The notes under the pieces are model-generated. The model saw only the letters and a list, made by a program, of their open reading frames with translations. It was not told where the DNA came from and did no database searches. Positions 41,690 through 52,665 of a stretch of DNA of 64,000 nt are shown piece by piece; the first letter of the stretch is position 1; each line of letters begins with the position of its first letter. Both the position numbers and the translations under genes were made by a program. Origin of the DNA: Raillietiella orientalis (Eukaryota); NCBI GenBank assembly GCA_036172245.1, contig JAYWIR010000017.1:1674001-1738000 (forward strand). The letters are read 5' to 3'.

Positions 41690-41780
41690 ATTGTGTATGC
41701 CATATATGAATGGATTGCAGCAGCTGTTGCTCATGGCAAGCCAGTGGAAGCAGAACCAGATGACATTGATATATCTGTAA
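41690..41780 (-). CDS. Lkr: Leucokinin/kinin-receptor-like class A GPCR, TM7 exon (91 nt)
   Basis: (D)YRYINVIWFCFHWLAMSNSCCNPFIYGIHN with NPxxY, closely resembling arthropod kinin receptor TM7. Acceptor TTGTTTTCAG, donor GTAAGT. Phase 2 matches the upstream exon. Confidence 0.85.
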
Positions 41781-41862
41781 CTGAAAACAAGACCAATCAA
41801 TACAATCCTGCAGTCCTCTTCCTGTTGTCATCTATAAGGAAAAATGCTTGCAAAAAACCGGA

Positions 41863-41940
41863 TTAATCCTTTGACCGCAGGGCGTGGTACGCGTACGGTT
41901 ACAGGTGCGCAAAGCCGAGCAACTCACTATCCAGAAGAGT
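41863..41940. mobile_element. Possible solitary piggyBac-like terminus within the GPCR intron
   Basis: TTAA-TCCTTTGACCGC resembles TTAA-CCCT piggyBac ends and the end at 25093. No partner end found. Confidence 0.25.
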
Positions 41941-42481
41941 CGCGAGAAGGTAGCAAAAAAAATAAATAAATAAAGGTAGGGGCGGAACATCTTGATCTGG
42001 CATGCTCGGTAAGCATGCTAAGATAAGACGAAGATTAACTTCAAATGCGAATGAAAGGAACGCATAGGGACAGCGAATGCAATGCTCACAATTGGATGAT
42101 GATACGCATGCTAATCGCAATGTACAGCTGGAGAAACCGAAACAAAAGCGAACTTTTCTACTTCCTCCCGTACGCAGTTGTTGTTTCACAGGGAAGCATC
42201 TTTGCACAGAACGAAACCAGCAGTGGTGGACACCGGCGGCGTCGGCTGCGGTGCGTTGCTGGGGCACCAGCTACCAGGTGTCCCCGCCGTTGATAGACGG
42301 GTATGAGGAAACATTGAAAAGCGAATCAGGAAAGGAGCCCTACCACGGACGATGCCGTTTCGAACGACTCGACTGTGCGCCCCGCGATTCCTTCTACGCG
42401 AAGGAGTCATCGAGCGCGAACCGCGTGCGCGCACCATCACAGCAAGTGCGCGCGCTTCTGCTGCAAGCACGAGCAGTAGCA

Positions 42482-42500
42482 CAGCAGCAGCAGCAGCAGC
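42482..42500 (+). repeat. (CAG)6 microsatellite
   Basis: CAGCAGCAGCAGCAGCAGC seen directly. Confidence 0.85.
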
Positions 42501-44380
42501 TGTTGCCACGATTGGAACCCGGAAAGCCGGAAGCTGCTTCGATCGGAATGAAGAGGGTCGCAACAAGCGTCGGGACACGCAGAAGAACGATGGCAATCCT
42601 CCCTACGCAAGAGATACAGAGCGCAAGCAGTTCGTCTCTCCGAAGAGCCCTTGTGCTTTCTTGCAACTTCCATCCCATCTCCATTCTCTCCGGCAATCTT
42701 TGTTCCGATCGGGAGCACCAACCCAACGGGGCTTTCCTTCCAGAGGAGCGTGCCCGAGAAGGGCTTGGGAAGGGGGAGGAAAGAAAAAAAGGAAACAAAA
42801 CATTTCAGGTGTGCTGCAGTCTCCCATCCTTAATCTGTCCACCGAATGCAACCGGCTAGCCGAACCTGGACTTTGGCGAGTTTCTTTGGATCCTGCATTC
42901 CCTTCTTTGATAGCGCGCGCGCGAATTCCAGCTCCTCGCAAATCCGCAAAGCCTCGTTGCTGGGATATCGAACGGAGCATCCGCACCTTTTGCGAACCGC
43001 TTCTGCCAGGCAGAAGCGGGAGAAGTTGAAGAAGAAGGAGGATGCACAAGTTGCCGGCAGCGGACACCTCCTTCGAGTGTGCCAGAGCCAGTACTGCGAT
43101 GCTCGAGCGCGCTGGCCGCGAGAGCGAAGGAAACGAAGAAACCGGAAGAGCAGGAGACGACACCTGCCTGGAGCCATGACACGGCAGACGCTTGCGACTC
43201 GCGAGTGCACGCAGGAGATTTGCCAGCCTGCCGGAGAAAAGGCAGACTCCGCTCCACCCGCACCAACTGGAAGAGGCACGCGGAAAGGCAGCCGGGGCTC
43301 AGCGCTCCAGATTGCGGAACTGGAAGGTGCGAGACCTGCACGTCTGCAGAGAGGGACGCCTGCCCGCCAACGTCAAGTCGCAGTCGTACACCACGGAGCC
43401 CAGTCGGCCGGCAAAGAATCGCATCGGCGACGGCCCTCCGGCCGCCATCCAGGAAAGTTGGCCCTTCCACGTGGGTAAGTGGATTACTCGCTTAGGTGGC
43501 AACGGCTTGCTGCGATCCGCAGATGTGCAAGAGCATTCGTCTCACGTGCGGGGAAGAAACGGGAAACAACGTGTCCGTTCCAGGCGGTCGAAACAGGGAA
43601 AGAGCGAGCGGTCGCGGCATTCGGCATGCGCCAACACGATTGACGGGAGGCGCATTTCCGAGAAAGCGTGATCCGGAGATCGCCGAAAGAGGCTGGCTCT
43701 TGGGCGCGCATGCGTGCCCGCCCGCCCGTTGACGGAGGGGCTGCGTGACCCTCGTCCTGGAGTCGTCGCACGGAGGGAGCATCGGACTGTTGCCGGTGGA
43801 CCCGGAGCAAAGACAAAGCATCCTCCGGCCGATCGGTCTGTTTTTTTTTTTTTTTTTTCGAGCTCTTCCCGGGAAGTTGGAAGCCGGCGGAGCAGGGATT
43901 CCGGTCTGCCGCCGAGAACCGCTGAAAGCCGTGCCGCTGCCCGCGACGACTCAAGGAGCGCACCGCGTGCCCGTTCCTTCTGGCAGCCTCGCCAGGGGAG
44001 CGAAAAGCTGACGAAGTCGCGTCATCTCCTTCCGAGGAGGCGACCGTGCTCCACGCCGAGAGGCAAATCGCCATCCCTTTTCCCGTGCCCGGTCCTTCTT
44101 CCAGAACGACATCGTCGTTTTCCATGGGGCCGATTGCGCGCCTCCTTTCCCGACGGGAATGAGTGCAACACGTAGCCGCAATTCCTTCCCGTTAACACGC
44201 ACTTTTTCCGTTTGTCTGTGCGCACGTGTTCCAGGAGGCGTGTGGTCTTTCGCGCTTGCCGAGGGTCTCCGAGGGGGAGGTCAAGGGGAGGCAACGAGTG
44301 TTCGCGGTCGCCGCAAGAGGATACGCATGCACTGCATCCGTACCAATCTCGTGCAGGAAATGCCACGCCCTGGTACTTAC

Positions 44381-44481
44381 TCGTTGATGGAAGGAAGGAT
44401 TTCCTGAAGGACGTGGTAAAGCTGGAGCGGGAACCAACAAATTGCGAACAGAATAACAACAATAAGTAGCATTTTTGTGAC
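44381..44481 (-). CDS. Lkr: Leucokinin/kinin-receptor-like class A GPCR, TM6 exon (101 nt)
   Basis: VTKMLLIVVILFAICWFPLQLYHVLQEILPSIN(D) with the CWxP motif. Acceptor TTTTTCCTCCAG, donor GTAAGT. Splices in frame to 41780 across a 2.6-kb intron. Confidence 0.85.
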
Positions 44482-47400
44482 CTGGAGGAAAAATTTGCAT
44501 ACATGAATGACGTTTTCAAATGCCAAATGTCTTTCTTTCAAGGTCAGACCCAGTCGCTTTGCTTTCCTTCCTTTCTCTCCTCCTAAATCATCTGCCGTCC
44601 GGTTGTCGACGAGGTGACAACCACTTCCGCTCGCAACACCGCAGGAAGGAAAGGTGCAGGAGCCTACTACCACCACCTAGACTGGAAGTGGCGTGAAGAC
44701 GAAGACTGTTTTGTTGGTGCAAAGAGGAAGGGCGAGGCGTCGATCCGGATGGCACGTTCTGTAGCCGCTGTCTTTCGGCGCCAAGCATGCCTACGGGCGT
44801 TTTCCGATCGGGCGAGAGCAAGCGGCTCGCCACGAAGAGGGCGGCCAACGTGCCTTCCGGTTCGCGACGCTCCACGAAGCGCCCCGGGTCGGCAGGCGCG
44901 CGGCCCGCGGACCAAGTGCACTTCGTCCCCTGACGAAAGTCCGGTCTTGACTTGCCTGGGGTCTTCCCTTCGGAACGCAGAGGGGGGGACCGCTCGGCAC
45001 TCGGACTTCTCGCCAGACGATCTGGCGAACGCGCGCTGGCTCTTCTCCTCCTGCTCGCCGCATGCCACGGAAGTCCTCAGGATCTGGTTCGGATCCTGGG
45101 CACCGACGGAAAGGACCATGCTGGGTTACGCGAATTCCCGCCCTTCGAGCATCCGCCGACCGGCTTGCCACGCCCCGTCCGCAAAGCAGACGGTCGCCAG
45201 GAAAAGACCCGTTCCGAGGTCGTCGCGAAGGGGCCGTTCCCTCGTCCGCATCTTCACGGACGCGCTAGCCCGTGCGCGTGAGATGTTCCCGCCAACGGGA
45301 GCACCCGAACGATCGATGCGTTCGTGAGGAGATGGGAGGGGGAAGGAGGGAAGAGAGTACCGCAGCTCCCAACGTGCGCGGGATACTCCGTAGCCTGGGT
45401 ACTCATCCGCCTCCATCCCGATCGGAAAGCGAAGCGATGGCAAACGTTGTCAAGAGAAACTCATCTGCGAAGAAACCTCGACGCCCTGTCGCGTGTCGGG
45501 GCGGCGGTGCATGTCGCGTCCGCGTTTTCCTGCCGAGGCATCCCTCGCTCGGCGGTCGACAAGGAGAGCCAACACAAGAGAGTGACGACGAAAGGATGAC
45601 CTCGTCGAGCGACCGTTCGCCGCTGCTGCGCTCCTGAGAAGGGGAAGAAGCAGTTCGGCGGAGACGCGCTCTTTCTCCGACTCTTCGGCCGCTGCACGCA
45701 AGGACGCGGAAGCTTCTGCGCCATCAACTCCGGTCGACGCATGAGGGTGTCCGCCGCACTCGACTGGAAATGGACCCGGTGCCCGTTTGATCCGATCGCC
45801 AGCAAGCCACCACTGCTTCCGGGAAGCGCTCGCTCCCTCAAAGATCAAGGAGGGAACCGAAAGAGCTCGCTCGTGGGCCTGACTTTGACGAGTTTCTGTC
45901 CGCGGGATGCGGTTTGCAGCAGAGCATGCGGCTTTGATTCGCGTCTTGGTCTTCGCCGTGAGAGCTGCATGTGGCGTTTCTCATGCAGACAAGCCGACAA
46001 AGAGCATCATCTTTCCTTGCCAACCGTCCGACTACGTCTTCGTAACGTCGCCGCGTCCGCAATGGCGCGTTGTGCCCCGTACGTCTGCAAGCACCGCAGT
46101 GCTCGCGCTGCAGCCGCCAATCGTGAGCTCCCACTGCTGGTCCGCCACGGAGCGCTCACCCGGAGCCGTTGGTCTCCCGCGAGGCGATATCTCGGGACGG
46201 CACTGCCTGCTTACTGACTGGGGTTCTCATCAACAGTCTTCCCGGTCGGCCCTCTCCCGTAAAAAGGTGCGCTGATTCGGGAGTTTGTGGGCGTTTCCCT
46301 GCTACACGACTGGGCCACTTCCTGCGCGCGCCAGTTCGTTTTCCAGAACTCGAAGAACCGCTCGCGCGTCGGATGCAGAGGAAGCGCTACCTTCCCGGTC
46401 GGGGGTCCGTGAGCGACGGTCTGCCCCGCCGCCCAAGGACCGGGAATGGCAAGTTCTGCCGAGGACGGCGTGTTCCACCGTCTGCTGCGCAACCTGGAAA
46501 CCGATTCACCGACCAGGGATGCTGCAAGCAGTCTGTGCGTGCTCGCAGCACAGAATGATCGACGTTACGCTCTTCGTGCGCCAGCTCTCCCCACCGCCGC
46601 CTTGACCCTGCCGATGCATCGCAAGCGTTTGCCCTGGAGAGGAAGCCAAGGTGCAAGTTGCGTCGTGAAGCCGACAGCCGGCAGCCCGAACCATCGATGG
46701 CGGCGGTAGCGGCAGCGCGGGCGATCGTAGGCGTGCTCGAACGAGCGCGAGCGCAAAGGAGAGAATTGCCGCGGCGACGTGCCGACCGAAGCGGTTGCCA
46801 CGCCGCTTTGGCCCCTCTCGTTTCGCGCGCTCCTCGTAGGGAGCCAGCCGCCGCCTTCTCGACAGGAGCTGTGTGGGATCGGCTGGTTGCGCGGCTCGCC
46901 AAGCAGCATCGTACTCGCCGGTTCCCTGGAAAGGAATGCTCGCCGGCCGGGCAGCGAAGCAGCTTCTGTCTCCGCTTCGTCCCAGGAGCGCTTCCCGAAC
47001 GGAGGGAACGTCTGGCAGCATTCTCCGAATGCTCTGCATTTCTGCTGCGACCGGGCGGCGGTGCCCCGGCAACATCCCCCTGGCTCCGGGGAAAATCGTC
47101 AACAAGGAAGTTCCGTCGCGCAGTCGCGGATGATCGAAGGCCGTCCGAGAGGTGGCCACCAGGGCCGGAGGGGCGCATCCGTTGCCGTGTGTCTTTTTAG
47201 CGAGAAGCGGTCACTGCTGTTGTTCCCTTCCATGAAGGTGCCGCCAGCCGGCCGATGCCGCGGTTCTTCGCGTTGCGCTCCATGCCTGTGCCCCGCGGTC
47301 CTGCGTTCGGCCTTGGAGCAGGAGTGCAGTCGACGAGCCCAGGTCGAACGACCTCTTCCCGTGCTGGGAAGAAGGGAGTGCGTGGGATTCGGACGACGCC

Positions 47401-47511
47401 CTGGAGCCGCTGGTGTGCGTACATCTGCTCTTGGCTCCTTCCGAATCGAGGAAACGACCTCTCCGTAGAGCCACCGCTTTGCTGCGGCCACGGGCCGAGT
47501 CCGCACGAAAG

Positions 47512-47615
47512 CGCGTCTGAGAAATTAAGGAAGTGGGTGCAGGAAAAGCATCAGTTGGTCTCGACTGATGTCAACTCATTTCGGATGTGATCAATGCCGG
47601 CAGCTTTTGCTGAAG
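47512..47615 (+). pseudogene. 3' half of the interrupted death-domain-like exon
   Basis: (AS)EKLRKWVQEKHQLVSTDV followed by the donor GAAG|GTATGA at 47616. The LRKW motif fits a death domain. One in-frame TGA at 47588-47590. Confidence 0.55.
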
Positions 47616-50600
47616 GTATGAGAAATCAATGTTTGGTGTGTAGCACTTTGTTGATCTGATGCTGTTAATTTTCAAGCTCCACTGGTTTTGGGGATGCAGT
47701 CAAGGTGCTGAGAGTGGTGGAGTTTGGTTGACTGGTAGTATATGGTGGTTCGTTTTTTAGCGTTAATGTTAATAGCATTGAGGAGTGTCGCACTCCTTTG
47801 TTTAATTTGAGGTCATTATGAAAAATCACTTTGCATTATTATTATTATTGTCTTGTGAGAATGTAGACGGTCGAATATTTTTCAGTGATTCAGTTGCTGG
47901 ATGCTGGCAGCACTTTTCCTTTGTTGCTATCCTTGTGACGTAGGTTCTATGGCAGTGCTGTTCAAAGCAGCAACGAAATGATCAAATTCTTGTATGCTGG
48001 GTTGGCACTCTGGTATGATCACTTGTAAACGTATGCTTAACAGATCTTTTACCAAGTTGTAATGAAGAAAGAAGAGAAAGGAAGAAAGTAATGAAAGGGA
48101 TCACGTATGTTCGGAAAACTGAAGAACAGATAACCAAAATGCCGCCAGCCACTTTCTATAGTCTTTGTTGAGTTTCTTGCATCTTATTCTTTTGATGTTT
48201 TGTTTTGCCTTATTGTGTGGAAAGATGTTGCACTGCTATGTTTAAACTAGGAACCTTCTGTTGCCAGTATTAATAGGAGTAAAATCTGCTTCTTAGTTTA
48301 ATGAGTTTTCCTTGTGTTGTTTCGTGTGCAACGCTCGAAATCAGGAAAGTTATTAAAAAAGTCTTCCTGTTAGAAGGGAGTAGAAAAAAATGGTCTGGAA
48401 AAGTTGAGATTCTCTGAAAATGAGATGGGCGCATAGCTTTTCAAAAAAAAAAAAATTTACGCAAAGACTACTAGATTGCAGATCAGTGTAGAAAAGGTGG
48501 TGCAGAAAATTCTGCTTGAATACCGTTCTTCTGCCGGAACTGTTCCACTGCTGCTGTTCTCTTGAAATTAATATATGCTCGAAGCAAATGTTCTTGGTTG
48601 CAACGAAAATTTCGGTTTCATCTCATACGAGTCTTCAGTACAATGGATGGTTTGTTTAGAGGTAGTGCTACTTTTGAATCCACTCGTGCACGTACTTGTG
48701 GGAGTGTGGAAGAGACCACAGAGAAACATCATTTTTCCGCTTTCATTTCGTTGTTAATTCCTGGAGAAGAAGCTCGCTCATTGCTGGCCGACCGACTTGT
48801 CTATGGTCTGCATAGCTCGAACAGCCTGAACAATCTTTTATTTTTGTTCCCAGATAAAAGTTGGACTCTGCTCGGGAAATAGCTGATTCCCATATAACGA
48901 GGTTTCACTGGGCATGAAATCTCATTCAGTTGATCTCAATTGAATGCATCTCTCGCGAGTTTCGACATTTATTCTCCTGATATGCTCCTCAGCCAATCAG
49001 CGGCACCAGTTTTGTCCGAATGCCTTTTGTTTCTTTGGAGTGCTGCACTCAGCTTTTTTGTTTTTGTTTTTTCTCCTGAAAATCCTGTATTGCAGACAAT
49101 GAATGATTAGATTGGAATGCCTCAAATAAACTCAACAAAAAAATCCTTCTTGGGAGCATTTATCGGAACTCACTTGTTCTTACCAAGGAGCAAGTTCTTT
49201 TCATTAGTTCTGTCTTATCTCCAAAATCGAAGTTTTCGAGAAAAAATCATTTCCTTCTTTAAGAAGCGCACAGCGAATGCTTTCGTACATTGCTGCTGGC
49301 TTTCTTCATCTTCTACCTATGCTTCACTTTCAGTAGGTGCCCACTTTTTTTGGAAAATTGTTTACAGTTTGAAACAATCGGCTTTAAAAATCACCATCAA
49401 AGAGAATAATAGATTCCTCGCTCCATGAATTTATTCTATTGTAAGCGAGCATTTTTGCTTTTATCTACTGAGCTAAAAAAAAAAACAGATTACAGCTGGA
49501 AATTTTGCGATTTCCATGACTAAGTAGTAATCGAAAATAAGAGGTCCATTTTTTGGATTTTGGGAATATTAACAGCACAAAATATTGTGCGATAATAAAC
49601 ATCAAGATTATGATCATTTCCTGGATGAATCTTGCATTTTTTTTAGGATCACTGTTAAGAATCCGTGCAGAATAAGAGATACAATGGAATTTCACGTAGT
49701 TCGGTAGAGGGTTTTTTTTAGAGACTTCTCCGTAGTCAGCTAGAATGCTTTGCCTTGTCCGGTTCTAGTTATAGTTGGATCCTTTTGCAAAATATTCCTT
49801 TTATGAGACAGTAGACCAACTACTTCTTTTATTTCTTTGATCTTTAGCATGTATCTAGATCTAATCATCAATTTTGAAGTTCATTCATCCATTTCTGTCT
49901 CCTCGAGGAATTCAATATTGCAGTGAAACTTCCGTTTTGAGGACCATCCTCATAAATGTGCTCAATCTCTCCAGCATTGAAGTCAAAGCAGTTATGTAAA
50001 TTTTCTTCCGTTAATGGAAAGATAAGCCTCTCTGGTCATCATGGCATCATCTTCTATATTGAACTTTTCATCTTCAGCGCATCCTTATGTTAAATTTGCT
50101 TCAAAACCTCAGTAAACATCGGGAGATTTTTATCCGTGATTTCAGGATTCAATGCTTTATTTGGTAATAAAAGTTCTGTAGAGATCGATGCTCTTTCAAT
50201 GTTCACTTGTAGGTATTATTAGTTGGAAAATGATAAATGATGCTAGTCATCCACTTTGTTCAGCTGGTCGTTTTGTCTTTGAAAGCCCTGATTTTTTTCA
50301 TAAAAGTTTTTCAAATGTTTGATTTCAGGAAAGCAAGACAAAGAACGAGTTTTCGCCCAAGCCTGACAGCATGAACGCTGCATGGACCACCTGAAAACCC
50401 TCTGTATCTTAGGATCAGGTTTCTTAAGCCTTCCTGGCCTGTTATTTCTTCTGATGTTTTATTCACCCAAATGACATCTCGGTCTGGAATACAAGGCAGT
50501 TTTTTTACAAAAAAAAAAAAAACTGTTCATCGAGAAACGTTTGTAGAAAAAGATCGTTTTCCTAAGTTGATGACAGTCAGAAATTTCTGATGAAATCATA

Positions 50601-52003
50601 TCAGGAGGGAAGCGAAAAACTAAAGATGGGTACTGAAACATCTAAAAGAGTTAAGCAATCCAGATATACAAAACACAGTTATTTCATTTGTTCAAGTTTA
50701 AAGGCATGAAAAATCCATATAGACACTGAATCGGTGATTCTGTAATCTTTTCTTTTATTTCAACAGAGTCTCAGTTTGACTTTAAGTATATAAGCATCGC
50801 AACGGTGGACCATATGATCAGAAGAGCTGTGTCTGTTCCGAACCGGTTCGCGAGCAATGAATGCTTTGCACGCGCTCATGCAACAGTCTGTCAAGATGAC
50901 ATGAAAAGTTGCAATTTTCCGTCAATTTTTTGCTTTTAGCTTTTTTTTTTTTTTTTACAGCATGGATGGCATTAAGAAAGTCTTTCGCTGAGCACACCTG
51001 GTTGTTACAGAACCTTTGCGGTCCTTGCTGAATCTGCGTCAGAGGAATGAATCTGAAAAGATATCTCAAAAGAAGCTCAATTCTCACAGCAAAGCATGTT
51101 CCTTTCACTTTGCTCTTTAAAAGTATACATTGTCTTTTATCGTCACGAGTTTCGTTGTTCGCCTTCAAAAAGGCAATGAGCAAGCTGAAGCATAACTTTG
51201 CCCTGCGTAACTTTTCCAAGAATTTCTTATATGCATAAGAATTTGTTATATATTTGTGTACTTCATGTCCACAGTTATTGTCGTGATGGAAGCCATTATT
51301 TCGTGCAAAAACTCATTTGTTTCTGTTGTCGATCCTAATAGGTTTTCCCACGTTTTTTCGCGCTTCTGGTTGCAGCGGCAGATCTCTTTGTGGCCCTTTG
51401 TAATTCCAACTCTTTAATAGAAAAATAAGCTGGCTACAGAAAAAAAAATGGTACAGCAGACAGCACAAAAACAGGAATGCTGAGCAAAATCGAGTTCCCT
51501 GCGAATATAAACGAATATCCATAAAGAGAGCATGTATATGGACCTCGTGCATTCCAGCTGGGCTACACTGTAAGAACGAACTACGCAGTTGATTATGATT
51601 TAATTGAAAAATGATTTAGTTATAAAGTGTTTTTCGATCTCACTAAGCAAATTATACTATGTTCATGAAATGGAAAATATATCCTTTGCTTCCTTCAGGC
51701 GCGTCACATGAGGTCCCTTCACCACTATCAAACTTCACGAACATATGGAAAACTACATTGCAAACCTCAACATGAGCTTGATGACTTTACGGAAGCAAGC
51801 TTTTTTTGGAGATATATCGTCTTGACACTTCTTTCGCAAACGTTCACACTTTCTACTAATTATCCAGCTGATTAATGTCTTCCAGTTTTGCTTGAAGTAG
51901 TGCAGAATTGCTGAAATGTTTAAAAAAAAAAAAAAAAAACTCTTTAAGCGATGTATAATTTTTGAAATAGAAAAAAAAATTGAAATCGTTTCTCCCGGAT
52001 TAC

Positions 52004-52665
52004 TACGAGGCGCATCTCAAAGGTAAGGGTCGATCGGACGTAAAGAAAGAGTAAATAAGAGAAACAAAAATGTGTGAGCGGTGCTAAACACGTACATTCC
52101 CATGTCATTTCTCTACACAGTCACCATGTTTTTCCAAACACTTTTGATACCGTGGAACGGGTTTTTTGAAATCTCGGCATCAAATTCCGCCTCCTGGGAG
52201 TTCAGGCAGTTCAGCAGCACTGCAGTTTTCAACTCCTCGCTCTCCCTCTCGATTCGCTGAGCCACTTCTTGAGGTGCAGGAAGGAAGACGTGGTAGCCAC
52301 TGGGCAGGACTGTGAGGTGGGTGGGTGATCAAAAAGTTCCCATTTGAATCTCTGAATTGTCTGGAATGTGCGAACAGCAGTGTGTGGGGTCAAAAGGGTG
52401 GACTTTATGGAGCCTGGAACAACCATCGCTTCGCAAGTCCACTGTAGAACACGTTCGAAACTGAAGCGTGCCATTCAAAACCGACGACATGGAATGCTGA
52501 GATTAGGAATCTCTCTTCTTCACGACAACGCGCGCCTTGGCAACACATGCTGTTCGCACACTCCAGACAATCCAGAAATTCAAATGGAAACTTTTTGATC
52601 ACCCACCCACCTTACAGTCCTGCCCAGTGGCTACCACGTCTTCCTTCCTGCACCTCGAGAAGTCG
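52004..52665. mobile_element. Tc1/mariner (mariner-type) remnant rearranged as a fold-back
   Basis: TA-CGAGG mariner-like end at 52004. Minus strand encodes the C-terminus PRYQKCLEKHGDCVEK* and FKWELFDHPP...FLHLKKWL. Plus strand 52390-52660 encodes VDFMEPGTTI...KLKRAIQNRRHGML...LLHDNAR then FKWKLFDHPP. 52265-52379 is an inverted copy of 52548-52661. Confidence 0.9.

Larger units (their letters stand above)
26711..47511. mobile_element. ~20.8-kb CpG/GC-rich inserted segment carrying host-gene exons; mechanism unknown
   Basis: Direct repeat CGCGTCT at 26704-26710 and 47512-47518. Imperfect inverted ends TTTTCGTGGGCTCG versus CGAGTCCGCACGAAAG. Sharp GC drop after 47518. The flanks rejoin into one exon. 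Confidence 0.6.

Noticed and set aside
26800..47500. Numerous long overlapping ORFs (150-270 aa) in the GC-rich block
   Set aside because: Arg/Ala/Ser/Pro-rich, present in all six frames and lacking recognisable motifs; expected from low stop density at high GC.
26711..47511. Maverick/Polinton or endogenous virus interpretation of the 20.8-kb block
   Set aside because: The size and 6-bp repeat would fit, but there are no long TIRs and no polB, integrase, ATPase or capsid ORFs.
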